Below are positions 41,370 through 54,066 of a stretch of DNA of 64,000 nt, piece by piece. The position numbers and the translations under genes were made by a program. The notes beneath the pieces are model-generated. The model ran no database searches. It had not been told where the DNA came from and saw only the letters and a list, made by a program, of their open reading frames with translations. How positions within the stretch are numbered: position 1 is the first letter of the stretch; every line of letters starts with the position of its first letter. The DNA is from Diplonema japonicum (Eukaryota; Protista; Euglenozoa: Diplonemea), in the NCBI GenBank assembly GCA_964019335.1, contig OZ025727.1, positions 372,001 to 436,000 on the forward strand, in the 5' to 3' direction.

Positions 41370-43119
41370 AGAGAATAAGAAGACTTCTGTGTATTTGTAT
41401 GATAATCTTTTGTTTTGTTTTTTTTTTTGGGGGAAAACGACACAAAACTTGTACCAACGAGAGAAAAAAAAAAAGATTTTTTTTTAGAAACATGAAAAAA
41501 AAAAAAAAAAAAAGAGAGAAGTCGTTTCTTTATGCCCCTTCTTTTTTTTTTTTTTTTTTTTTTCCCGTCCTTGTGTGTTTTTGCATTTCTTTTTATTTTG
41601 CAAATGTATGGTGTTTTTTTCCTCTTAAGGGGGGTTGCCAAAAAAACATTGCTCTTCGTCCATCTTGGTGAAAAATACTTGTTTGATTTTCAATCCTGTC
41701 TTTTTTATTCCTTTGCCTATCTATTCTCTCTCTCCCCCTTTCTCACCTTCAACCTCCACCCCTCCCTTTTTGAATAGAAAAAAAAAGGAAGTAAAATAAG
41801 TTACCAGTTTGCTATTTGTTTTGTTTTGGTTTTCTTTTTTCCCATGATGAGTAGCTATCACTCTTTTCCTCATCATAGTGAAAGTTCCCCCCCCTCCCCC
41901 CCCACACACACACTCTCTCTCTCTCTCTGCTCGGGTGTGCATGTGTAATCAGTTTCGTGTTAAAAAAAGGACCGATTGGTAACTTTGTTGATCATTAATC
42001 CCTTTTTTTTTTCTTTCTTTAGCTGCCCATCCTCACATGAAAAAAAGAAAATGAGTTTATCGTTAATGACAAGAAGATAGGAGAAATGAGTGGAGAAATG
42101 TCTTATTAAAGAGACAAGTGGTTTTATGTGAAAGTGGTTTTATGTGACAAAAAGAAGAGAGAGAACGAAAGTCGGGGAGCAAAAAAAAAAAAAAAAAAAA
42201 AAAAAGGCAACAGAAAAGAAAACAACAAAAAGAAAGTAAAATAGGAAAAATAATGTATCATTACAGCAAACAATCCGGGGGGGGGGGTGTTTTTTTTCAG
42301 AATCTATTGCATGGAAGCGGGAAAAAAAAATGAATGTAATAATAAAACAACAAAAGCAAAAACAAAGAAAATATGCAAAAAGAACAAAAGATCAAAGAAG
42401 AAAAGATCAAATCCTTTGTGATATCCATCGCTATGTTATTTTTTTTTTTTTCCTCCTTGTGATGGGAAGGACTTCTTCCCCCAGTGACACGAGTAACAAA
42501 AGTCCAAGCTGGAAAGCTCTGTATGCAAATCACAGCAAAAAAAAGAAGGGAAGAAAAAAAAAATAGAGATCTAATTATTTTTGTTGTCTCTAAGGTTTTT
42601 CTTTTTGTTACACTTGTACAAAAAGAAAAAAAAATAGATTTTGTGAAACGGCTGGTGGAACTTGATGGTGCTTAAAAGGGCAGCTGTAAAACGTACAAAA
42701 AACAAAAAAAAAGCATAAAAAGAAAAACAAAGAAGAAATTAAGGACCCTATTCCCCCCCGCCCCTTCTACTTTTTTCTTCACTTCTCCACCGCTACAGTT
42801 TTTCCTATTTCTTTCCCTTTTCTCTTTCAAAGCTTCGCCTAGCCCCGCGGCCTTTTTTGTTGAGAAAAGAGCATTTCCCCCTTTTTTTTTTGTCCTATTC
42901 CCCCCCGCCCCTCTTCCCATCTCCCCACACCCCACTTCCAGAAGGGTGCATACCATCATCCCTGTGATGAGGCGTCAAGCAATGCGGCCCTTCTAAGGTA
43001 GATTAGCACGGAAGAAAAAAAAAGCCCATCCTACTTTTTTTTTTTTTTTTTTTAATGCCCCGCTCCTTCTATTGTCAATATTCCCCTTTCATTTTTTTTT
43101 TTTGGTTCCTATAAATTAA

Positions 43120-45786
43120 CATAGCATCCAGGGTTAACCGATCACCCGCGGGTTTTTAATTACAATCGGGTTTTAAATTGACGTCAAATGAAAGGCGAGC
43201 ATGCAACCATGCTTAAAACCCTTCGTTTCGTCCCTCGTGGCCCCCAGATACACAAAGCCGACCCCAGGGAGCATCCAAATGACATAGAAAAGGATTATTT
43301 TCCCAAAAAGCTGGTGCTTCCCTGTTTCAGGCAGGGTCCTAATTGGGAGCGAAATCAAAAGTCAATAATTAAAACGGGAGGAGAGCATGCAACCATGCAT
43401 ATAATAACCCTTCTTACTTGGCGTCGATCGAGGAGAACACCGCGTCCACGGCTGTTACCACAGGCTGCGTGTACAGCAGCGACAAGGCCCTGTCATGCAA
43501 AACAGGGAGAGCAGCTTTCTGAGCCAGCCACCACGCTTCGATATCGAATGAGGTCGTCTCAAGGCTGTGGTCCATTTGGGCTATGGCCGAGTAGGACAGC
43601 CATTCCCCCTCTGACATGTCTTGCAGAAGTAGGCTGTCGCGTACCGTTGCGAAGCCTCGCTAGAAAAACTAGTTGATGGCAGCGTCATGAGCTATTTTTA
43701 TTAGGTAAAATTCCGCTCGTGCGCATAAACAGACCCTGACCCGGTACATAATAACAAGTCTGAAAACCAGTTTTTTTCAAAACTTAAAGCCTTAATAAGG
43801 CTCTATTTTGGGTTTTAATGGCTGGAATGGGCTCAGATCGTCAAAATAGGGTTTCTGAAAAAAAGAAATTGAGCATGGTATTTTTTGCAAGAAATATGGG
43901 TTTTGGATCGATCAAACCGATCCGAAATTAACCCATAAAGGACCGCTATTTTTCGTCTAAAAAGTCGATTTTGAACTTTTCGTTCAAATGCCAAAATAAA
44001 ATGGCGAGGGTGGAGTAGAGGGTGTGTACCTATATTATTTTCACTACCCCATTTCTGGAGCGCGAAGCGGCCTGCATTTCAGCCCCAGACGCGCCCAAAC
44101 TTTGGTGGTAGAGCAGCATTTGAGAGAAACAACTCTTGCAAAGGGCACATGCTATCCGGAGGTTCCATGGTTTCGGCAAGCAGCGCTTATTCAGGGTGCA
44201 GGGTGGGCTGGTTATTTTTTTTTCACCACTTATGGCCGTTCTTTGAACACAAGGTCCGAGGTGCCGCAGATATGCGACTTGTCCAATTTAAACGTTTTCA
44301 AGAGGTTTTCAGGTGGTTTTTTAAGGTGTCGTTAGTGTGAAAAAACTCGAAACAGGGCACAGGGCACATTGCTACGTTGCAATCTCTGCACGAGAACATG
44401 GCCTGGGTGCGTTTTTTCTCTAGTTTGTTGCACACAGTGCAATTCCGTGCCTTTTGCATCTTTTCAGGACACATTGAAGGTGCACCCTTGGTACGTGAAG
44501 GTGCACCCTGAGGGTGCACCCTTGGTACGTGAAGGTGCACCCTGAGGGGTAGGTATCTTCGGCTCCGGCGGGGAACGCTTGATGTGGGTGCCACCTTTTG
44601 CGATGATGTTGTTTGACAAGATTTCTTTGCCACACACTTGCTGACACTGAATGGGTATTCTGGGAGCAATTTCCGGGTTTTCCTGATGGTCCCCATGCAG
44701 TGGAAATCCGCATTGTAAATCCGTATCAACAATGGGACAAGCGAAATCAGTTGTCAAAGACAATCCAGTAATTCTGGTGCTGATATTCGGTGAGCAGCTC
44801 TGCCTCTTTCCCCCGGGTGCCCGTGCCGGTACAAACAATCATGTTTAGAGTGTAACCGGTGTCTGAATCGCATTTTGAACCCATAACGCTTCCTCTTCTT
44901 CGGCTCATAAACAATGAACCCGACACGGCTTCGACAGCGTATGATGGTTCATCCACAGCAAGGTTTCGCTTGGGTACATACAGGGATGACCAAGAAGGAA
45001 CCACAAGATTTATAAGATTGCGCCCTTTAGCCATTCTGTTTCCTTCTCCTCCACCAGGGGGCAACCCAAACCGCATTTGGCGCATTATTTTTAGCAGCCT
45101 GTTTCTTTCCATTACCGTTTTGAAATATTGTGAATATGGGGTATCTGTGAGTTCATCCTGTGCCCAGTAGACCTTGATATCTGTCTTGATTATGAGCCCT
45201 GTAAGTATCCAAAGGCCTCTATACTACTCGAACGGCTTGCTGCCCACCCCACGATAGCCTTTTAGAGCCGCAGGAGTTAAAAACAACTCAAAGTACAGGA
45301 CAAGCCCCCTGCTGGAGGGCCGCCCTATCAAAAACAAGAGTGGGCATGCAGAGCACTTAAAATGCCTTAGCAGAATTTTAAATTTTTTTTTTTTAGCTGA
45401 ATATTCAGCTCCGGTCCTTTATGGGTTAAAAAAAAACCGATCAAACCGATCATAAATCTTGTTGTTTTTAACTTGGACCTCCCTGACCCGGGAGAATTAC
45501 ATGTCTGAAAACCAGTTTTTTCAAAACTGCATTTAAAGCCTTAAATAAGGCTCTATTTTGGGTTTTAATGGCTGGAATGGGCTCAGATCGTCAAAATAGG
45601 GTTTTTGAAAAAAAGAAATTTGAGCATGATCTTGGTATTTTTTGCCAGAAATATGGGTTTTGGACCGATCAAACCGATCCGAAATTACAAAAAAACCCAT
45701 CATTAACCCGACAGTTATCGAAAATCTAAAATTGCTCGGGTCGGGTTTTAAAACCCGAAGGTGATCGGTTAACCCTGGATACTATG
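43120..45786 (-). mobile_element. Non-autonomous hAT-type DNA transposon, copy 2 (opposite orientation), containing a nested piggyBac
   Basis: Same TIRs as copy 1 and flanking direct repeat AATTAA. The minus-strand fragment 43414-43617 (AWWLAQKAALPVLHDRALSLLYTQPVVTAVDAVFS) matches the hAT C-terminal dimerisation motif. Confidence 0.9.
43932..45425 (-). mobile_element. Internally deleted piggyBac element (1494 bp)
   Basis: Perfect 14-bp TIR CCCATAAAGGACCG and TTAA on both sides (43928-31, 45426-29). Minus-strand remnants VYWAQD..MERNRLLKI, LAVDE, DSDTGYT, IVFDN*, and Cys-rich tail CTVC..CRDCNVAMCPVPCFEFFH. Confidence 0.95.
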
Positions 45787-45876
45787 AATTAAGATCAAAA
45801 AGAATACCATCTACAGGGGGGGAAGGGGTGTGAGTGTGCCGCACACCCACGTTGTCAGCAGGGAGGGGGGAAGCTA

Positions 45877-46704
45877 ATGGGATGTGGCCAGACGAAGGTA
45901 GAAAGAGAAGACTCATACCCGTACACCGTACCGCCGGTATGTCTTTTTTTTTTTTTTTCCTTCCAAAAAAAACAATTTGAAGACACCCGAGGCCTGTTCC
46001 CTCCAGCAACGGTTCTCAGATGGAAACGTGATGGCAGAGCCAAGCCCCATCGCATCAAAGCTGCGAAGTGTTAAAAATGGTTTCGTATCAAGAATCGCTG
46101 CTTTAGACCACTCGTATGTTGAAGATGATGACGATTATGTGTGCCCACCGAAGCTGCGGAACAGGCTGCAGCTATGGTCCGACGACCTGCCAAACGAAGG
46201 CTTGTCAACACCTAGGGGCAGCTTACTAGTCGGCGGCGACGACGACGAGATGGTGTATGACGGCTTCACGGGGGATGTGGTATGAAAAAAATAAAAAGAA
46301 AAAAAAAATGAAAGGCCCTTGTTGCAGCGACACCAGATCTAATTATTCCCGGAGCACGGCCCTCACGGTTGGAATGTAAGAAACAATTAAGCACTTACAT
46401 GGATTACCTACGAGCGGCTGTTGAGATGAACACCGACAGGATCATCGATCTTGATGTGGAAGAGGACTCGAAAGACGTGCCACGGGGCGAAGGTTACAAA
46501 GTCGACAATTTGGAGGGAGCGGAGATGGTGAAAGAGGCGAGCAGCAGCAGCCATCTTAGTAAGTCGTCCCTTAACATCAACGTCTCCCCCTCCCATGCCA
46601 CTCGCGTCCTTTTCAAAGAAGATGACCTTGACAACCAGGTCAGCATGAACTCCATAGAAGGCCCTGGTGACAATGCTGCTCCTGTTTATCCCACTGATGA
46701 CTGA
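45877..46704 (+). CDS. Hypothetical dual-acylated protein (MGCGQ...); join(45877..45936,45983..46279,46315..46704) predicted
   Basis: Two GTATG..AG phase-0 introns (46 and 35 nt) join three ORF-track fragments into one 248-aa frame; N-terminal MGC myristoylation/palmitoylation motif. Confidence 0.6.
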
Positions 46705-47004
46705 AGGGGGGAAGATAAAAAAAAAAAAAAACACGAAAAAAAGAAAAAACCAAAACCTCCGAATTACTTTTCCAAGTATTCTTTTTATGGGGGTTGGTTT
46801 TTTGAGAAAAAAAAAATAAAAAACAAAGAAGAGAAGAAGAATTGTGAATAGGATCAAATTTCTTTTTTCCTCCGTATTCTTCCTCATTTGTTGCTTTCTC
46901 ATTTTTACTTCCCACTCCATGCTAAGCTGATCCTTTTGTTTTCCCCTTTTTTGGCTTGTTTCAATCACCAACACAACAGTCTGTAGACATAGGCACATAT
47001 TAAC

Positions 47005-48279
47005 ATGTTTTCATCATCATCATCATCATCATCATCATCTGTGTGCGCAGAGGGAGCTGCCTTGAATCCCAACGCAAGGCCGTTCTCTGTGAAGACACAA
47101 AAGAAAACCACGAAGAAGGCGAAGGTCGTAGAGGTGGTCATAAGCACACCGTGGTACGCGGGCGGGATCAAGAAGAGCGAGGTCAACCTTGTGGACGAGG
47201 TAGCTGCTTACGGCGCCTTCATGAGGTTGAGCGAGAAGGAGCTGCATCTGCGACAAGCGGTAGTCGGGAAGATCAGGCAGGCAGCGTCCAGCATGGACCC
47301 TGACAGCAGGGTGACAACATACGGAAGCATCACATGTGGAACCGCCACACAGGCATCCTGTGTTGATGTGTGGGTGAAGTTTGCGTCCCTGGAAAAGGAA
47401 GCAATTTCCACCATGCTGGCTGCCGCAGGCTGTTCGCCTGTAAATGACATCCTATGCACGGAGCTCGGTGGGTTTGTGCAGGTGAAGCACAAGACGGGCA
47501 CCCTGAAGTACAACCTGACGCTTGCGCTGGACGACAGCACACCGCTGGCTTCAAACAGCGTGACGCAGGAGTGGGCAGCGTGCCACCCCCAGGCCGTCAC
47601 CGCACACGCTGCCATCCGTGAAGTGCTCGACCAGACGTCCAACTTGGACGTGTGCAGCGGTGGGATCAGCAGCTACGCATTGTTCGCCATGATCGTGGCC
47701 GTGTGCAAAATCTCCAGCCACACCACCCCGCATGCCCTTCTTGTTGAAGTGTGCAGGTGGTACGGCACCGTGTTCGACTTCACAGCACTAGGCGTGTCGA
47801 CGAGCACAGGGTGGTGTGCCAAGCCTGTGGGGTGCCAGGACACCTTGTTCGTGGAAGACCCGCTGGACAAGACCAACAACCTCGCTGCAGGGTGCAGCAG
47901 GCTGTTTGCTATCAAGGTACAGTTTCAGCATTGCTTCAAAACTCTGCAAAGGTGGCAGGTGGCAGATGGCGAGGCGAGCACATACAAAGGTCGCACGCCG
48001 CTGTCTGGGATCATCTCTCACAAGAGGCTGTGGCCCAGAGCAGAGAAGCAGGATGACAGCGAAGCAGGGACCAGTGAGAGCGAGGAGGACATCGACGAAG
48101 GGTCAGAGGTCCTGTCTGTCAGAGCACCCGCAAGTTTCAGGGGGGCTAAGTCGCTTACTCAAATATTCGCAGTCACGTCGTACGACTCCTTGTGCTCCCT
48201 TGACGACTCTGCTGAGCTTGGTGAGATGGAGGACGCACTCCTCTGCGATGTCGAACGTACAGCACTGGCCTTCCACTAG
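47005..48279 (+). CDS. TRF4/PAPD5 (TENT4)-like nucleotidyltransferase fold with PAM2 motif, probably catalytically inactive
   Basis: YGS..G, GGISSYALFAMI, YGTVFDF and LFVEDPLDKTNNLA are family motifs. DxD reads C-V-D. N-terminal LNPNARPF. Confidence 0.85.
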   Translation: MFSSSSSSSSSSVCAEGAALNPNARPFSVKTQKKTTKKAKVVEVVISTPWYAGGIKKSEVNLVDEVAAYGAFMRLSEKELHLRQAVVGKIRQAASSMDPDSRVTTYGSITCGTATQASCVDVWVKFASLEKEAISTMLAAAGCSPVNDILCTELGGFVQVKHKTGTLKYNLTLALDDSTPLASNSVTQEWAACHPQAVTAHAAIREVLDQTSNLDVCSGGISSYALFAMIVAVCKISSHTTPHALLVEVCRWYGTVFDFTALGVSTSTGWCAKPVGCQDTLFVEDPLDKTNNLAAGCSRLFAIKVQFQHCFKTLQRWQVADGEASTYKGRTPLSGIISHKRLWPRAEKQDDSEAGTSESEEDIDEGSEVLSVRAPASFRGAKSLTQIFAVTSYDSLCSLDDSAELGEMEDALLCDVERTALAFH

Positions 48280-50408
48280 TTTGGATTGAATGCAGTATTC
48301 GATCTCTTTTTTATTCCTTATTTTCTTTTATGATACTGCGAAAAAAGGATGCTCAGGACGTGTTTTTTTAAAAATCCCCCCCCCCCGTTCCTTTGAGCAA
48401 AGCCTGTTTTTCTATTTACTCCTTTATTTACTCCTTTCATTTTTTCTTTCTTTTCTGAAGTGACCCTGCGTCTCAAGTCATATTTCTATTTAAATCCTTC
48501 TTATTAATCTCTCTTGGCACGTGCTGGTCAGGCCGCGTTGCGTTATTTTTTTTCCTCTTTTTTTCTTTTCCTCCCGCTAAGATTTTCTGGCGTTAAGCTC
48601 TTACAATGATAGGTACATTCCTATTTTCAAAGCGCAGTGTGGACTGCAGATTTGTTTTAAGAGAGTTTAAAAAAAGAAAAAAGAGGGAACGGGGATTCAT
48701 CAATGTAATAAAAAGCTTAGGTTCAAAAAAAAAAAGAAAAAAAAAAAAGAAGGGGAGAGTTATGTTTCCCCCCCTCTTTTTTTTTGTCATTTTTTTTTTG
48801 TTCTATTCTTTACACCCCTCCCTCGGGCCCCTTGCCTCCTGGGTCTCAACAGAATAAGGAACTGCCTGCATCTAGGATCCTGTTTGCCTTTATTTTGCTT
48901 GTATGATGTTACCTTGGAGTGAATTTGTAAAAGGGGAAAAACAAAACAAAAAAAAGCAAAAAAGAAAACTTAGCACACTCCGCTCTTTTTTTTTCTTTTT
49001 TTTTCTTTTTTGTGGGCAGCTTCACGCGATCATAGTGAATTTATTTATTCCTTCAGGGGGGGAGGAATTTTTCAAAAAGTTGTTGCTAACAATTTCTTCC
49101 TAAAAATAAAAGAAGGGTATCTCGGTGCCTATTGGTTGCCTCCCATCCCCCCTTTAGAATGCAAAGTTCTTACAAAGCAATTTTGTAGTCTCCTGGAAAC
49201 ATTCCTGTCCTTTTGACAAACAACCCTCTCCTTTCCCCACTAAACAAAAAAGAAAAAGAGAGAACGGGGGGGAACATTTTTATTTGTCCCCCCCCCCTGT
49301 TCCTCTCTGTTAAAAAGAAAAAGAAGAAAAAAAAAAAAAGAAGAAGAAAAAAAAGGAAAAGAAGATTCCCTTTTTTTTTTTAAAAGACGTTGTTAATTGT
49401 TCTTTTTGTTTTTCTTTTTTGCGAGAACGAGTCTTAGGCCTGTTTAAACAAGAGGGACGTTAGGCAACGTGTTTTGCAGGGTTATAAACTCTTAAGTTTT
49501 TTTTTTTTTTCTTTTTTTTTTTTTTTTTGAAAAATAAAATATATCACTCCCCTCTTCCCTTGGTTTTTTTTTTATAGGCCTTCGTCGAGTAGCTTGCACC
49601 AAGCTAATTATTTTTTTTCAAAAAAAAAAAAAAAAAGTACCCTGTCCCATGCTCCCCGATGGTTATGAGTTCCTGCTAGGGTTCTCTTTCCACCAAGAAA
49701 AAAAGAAAATGACAAATTAAAAAAAAAATGGAGCTGTTCCCCTTTTTTTTGATACAGTTGCTCCATTTTCTTTTCTTCGAGGAGGAGGGGAAGAAGAAAA
49801 AAAAAAAGAAACTGACTCAGATTCCAAGAATGTACCCAAACACTTGTTTTTTTTTGTGATTATCAAAAAGTCACAAGCATCTTCGAGGTTAAGAATTAAC
49901 TATCCTGTTCAACATTTATTAGAGAATCTGAGTATTCTTCTTCTTTTTTTTTTTTTTAAACTCACACTCCCCCGGGAATTGATGCGGAGGATATCCAAGT
50001 TTTTAACTTTGGCTCCACCTAGAAAGACCTGCTTGACGAAGAAGGCGTGAGCAAGGTACGGGAGAAGGAAGAAAAAGGAGAGAAGGGAAAAAAAAAGGGG
50101 GGAAGATGATAATATGGTCAGAAATTTATCTCTTTTTCTGCTTTTTTTTTTATACCCCTTTTTTTGTTCTTTTTCTTTTCTTTTCAAAAGAACGAGAAAG
50201 ATAATGTGTTTTCTATTCTAGCCTATTTTCTTTTTTTTTTATATTATTATTTGTGTGTTTACAAATATTTTATCTTTCAAAAAGAAAAAATGATTTTATA
50301 ACTAATATGCAACTTCTGCCTTAGCAAAAGACTTTCGCAGTTTTAAAATATTTTTTGCTTCGTGCGAAAAACTAAGATATATTGTCATAAAAAAGATTTT
50401 CTTTGGAG

Positions 50409-50454
<46 letters not shown>

Positions 50455-51473
50455 CGTGTACACCGGAATGAAACTTCACACGGCACTGGAAGGATGCAAA
50501 AACGCAAACCTTTTTCAAAATGTCCAAGTTTTCTTTTCTTTTGTGTGTACTTTTTTTTTTCTTCTAATTTTACTAGGAAATAAAAAGTATAAGTGTGATG
50601 AACAAGCACGTGGCATGCTAAGGTTCGTACTGGCTGTGGAGGTGTAGGACATGCCAAAGCGACCTATACCTTCTTTTCTCCTTCCTCCACCCCCCCTTTT
50701 TCGAATAGATAATAAATATAAAATACTAAAGTGAAAGACAAGGCCTGGTTTTCTTTCTTTTTTTTTTTTGACCCACCAAAAGGGGAGTTATTATTTCCCT
50801 CCCTGTAAAAACGTTTTCTTTCTTCCCTTTTTTTTCTGCTGTACCTCTTTTAATTATTTCCCGAGAATAACAGCCTGGTATCTTGAGGGGCTAAATTAAA
50901 AAGGCCCACATCGTTTCCTTTTATTTTTTCAGGCGTCCTGCCACATACCGCAGGTACCCTTAAATGTCTCTTTTTTTTTTTTGTCTTCTTTTTTTTTTCT
51001 TCCCACCCCCTCCCCTCATTATCGTTCTTGCGCAATATAGTTGCTAATCTGTTTCCCCTATTTTCTTTTTTCGCTTTCAGGTAAGGGAAACAAAGAAGAG
51101 AAAAAAAAAAAAGAAAAGAGGAGAAATGAGTTTTTTTTTCTTTGATGCAAGATTTCATTACAAGCGAGTGGTCTCTCATATACATGTTTTGCAAATTCTC
51201 TTTTCCCCCGCCCCACCCTTCCCTTTCTTTGGTGGGTTGTTGCTATCACTCCTCCCCATCATAGTGACTCCTTCCTCTCCCAGTTAGAAGAAAGAAGACA
51301 ACGAGAAAAAGAAAAAAAGGATGAAAAAAAAAAAAAAAGGAAGAAAGCAAAAAGAAAGTTGCTGCGCTCCGCTGCCCATTGCTTCCTTTAGATTGCTGTT
51401 TTTGCGCTGCTTTCACTTTTTTTAACACCACACACAGCACGTTCGCATACTTATTTTTTTTTAAATCAAAAAG

Positions 51474-53967
51474 ATGGAGGGAAAGACTTTTGGACCATCG
51501 AGTGCCTTCAACAAGGGGGGCTTTGGGCCCGGGCAGCCCCGCAAGGCACAGCCTCAGCTGCCACCGACTGCTGTTGAGACAACACCTGAGCCCCCAATGA
51601 GAAACATGTACGGGACTGCCAACCAGAGCAACAGCAGCAAGCCGAGGACCGGCGGGATTGACTTTGGGGAGCTGAGAACAAGCAAAGACTGCGTGAGCTA
51701 CACCCCGCAGGAGTTCCTGTCTGGTAGGCCGGAGGAGGAGGTGGAGCCGAACGCAGAGTGGGTCGAGACGATCGGGAAGTACCCCGAGCTCCGCATCGAG
51801 GAAGGGAAGCGCACCATGGCCGACATCATCGACGAGGAGTGCAAGCTGTTCAAAGCGTCGCGTAGCAACGATGACAATGCCGGCGACAGGAGCATGTTCG
51901 GGACGCAGGCACCCGACAAAGAGCAGAGCGGCCCCGCCACGCCCCTCATCACCTCTGAGGCCGGTTTCCGTGTCCGTGCCTCCGACGAGCTCGACGACCT
52001 TGAGCAGCTTTCAAAGACCGTCACCGGTATCCTCAACAAGCTAACGCCTGAGAAGTACGACGCGCTGTCCGGCAAGCTTGTCGACAACCCGATCATCACC
52101 TCCAGCGACGAGTACACCCGTCGCGTCATCGAACTCATCTTCGACAGAGCCATCAACCAGCCCTCCTTCTGTGAGATGTACGCAGACCTCTCTCAGCTCA
52201 TCTCGAGGAAAGAGAAGGACAGCGGTAAAGAAAAGCCTGTGTTCAGGCGTCTTCTCGTCGAAGCCGTCCAGAAGGAGTTCGAGGCCAGGAAGGGGAGCTC
52301 TGGTGGTGAGGAACAGGCCAAGAAGAGGAAGCTCGGGAACATCCAGTTTGTGGGTGATCTGTTCAAGAAGGAGATGCTCACAGAGAGGGTGATCCACCAC
52401 ATCATCAACGTTATCCTGAACGGCGAAACCAAGGCCAGTGATTTTATCCCCGACCCTGAGGATGTGGAGGTGCTGTGCCGTCTGCTGGCCACTACCGGAA
52501 AGGAGCTAGAGAGGAAGGCTAGGGCCCCCACCTCCCAGTTCGCGGATAGCTACAACAAATACTTCACGAAGATAGAGAAGCTGACCTTGTCCTCGAGCTA
52601 CCCTGCTCGTATCAAGATCACTCTGCTGAACACCATCGACTTGAAGAAGGAAGGCTGGCCGGTTAAGACCCAGCAGGCGAAGAAGCTCAAGGACCTCGAG
52701 AAGGAGAACGAGGAGAAGGACAGGAAGAAGTATGCCTTTTTACCCCGCAACTACACTACAGGCTCGAGGGCATGCGTCACGCAAACCACACTGGTGACAA
52801 GACCGCCTGGGGTCAGGCGGCTGACATCCACGAAGCACTCAGCTCGAAGATGGACAAGTCTGGGAAGGGGAAGGACAAGAAGAAAAAGAACGATGATGAG
52901 TGGAACGTCGCAGGCAGCAACAAGAAGGGCAACACAAAGACCAAGACACAAGAGAAGGCAAAGAAGGGCACTCAACAGCAGCCCTCCAAGGTGTGCAGTT
53001 TCTCGTACTAATAATAATAACACAGGGCGTCTTTTCTGCGTTGGAGTCCAAAAGCAGCAAGGAGGAGAAGAAGAAGGACAAGAAGAAGAAGGATGAGAAG
53101 AAAGAAAAGAAGGAAAAGAAAGAAAAGAAGGCTGCCGAGGAGGACGAGGACAAGAAGGAGAGGCCTCCCACCCACGTGCCTGACGAGTTCAGGATGATGG
53201 TCTCGAATCGTGCCATGGAGGCAATGCAGGCTTCTGAAGAGGAACGTGAGGGTATCATCACAGGAGACTTCGACGACTTCAAGAACACCGCAGACCACAC
53301 CATCCTTGTTGTGCATGAGGTGCTGAGGTGCATCGCGAGCAACAAGGAAGAGGAGGACAGGAACATGCTCATTGAGTACCTTAGATACGTGTGCAAGATG
53401 GATGAGGAGGATGAGGAGAAGTTCATCAAGAAGAGCGACATGGTGAAGGGTATCGCGTGGTTCCTGTCTACTTCCGCCGTTCTGAGGCTTGTGGAGGACT
53501 TCCCCAGCATCTACAAGAGGACTGTTGAGGCTTTGAAGTCTCTGCTCCCCACCGAAAGCCACATTATCGACATTGCTAAGCTGTTCCAGTACGCCTACAA
53601 GAGCACGAAGCTGTGGTTCGACGAGATGGAGGAAGATGACCGCCCCGTGGACGTCATCGAGGAGCTTTTCGCTGAGCTCACCACTGACGTGTGGCTCCCT
53701 CTGCACACCGACCTCACTTTCGAGAACGAGGACGAGCGTAGCGGTGCCCTTGCGTGGTTCATCACCATCAACCACAAGATGGCGTGGCCCAACATGCTTG
53801 AGACCTACGAAAAAGACGTCCCCGTCTTCCAATACATGATGGAGAACCTCATCAAGTGCGGCACCTTCGACAAGGAATTCCTCAACTCCTTCATCGAGAG
53901 CAACAGCGAGTCCACCAAGGGGAAGCAGCAGAACGCCATTAAGATCTTGCAGCCTCTGCTCGAATAG
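51474..53967 (+). CDS. EIF4G: Translation initiation factor eIF4G-like; join(51474..52729,52762..52990,53026..53967)
   Basis: MIF4G motifs GILNKLTPEKYD, IFDRAINQPSFCEMYADL, LGNIQFVGDLFK; YTPQEFL 4E-binding-like motif. Two introns (32 and 35 nt) join three ORFs into 808 aa. Confidence 0.88.
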
Positions 53968-54066
53968 TAAAAAGAAGGTTCCTTATCACTCTCCCTCTCT
54001 TTCGTTTATATTCTATCCTAATTTTTTACGTTTATGTGCTGCTTTGCAACACAGAAAACCTACACA

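Noticed and set aside
39420-43110. Many short F/K-rich ORFs (also at 48300-51470)
   Set aside because: Translations of poly-T and poly-A tracts; only the WW gene is supported.
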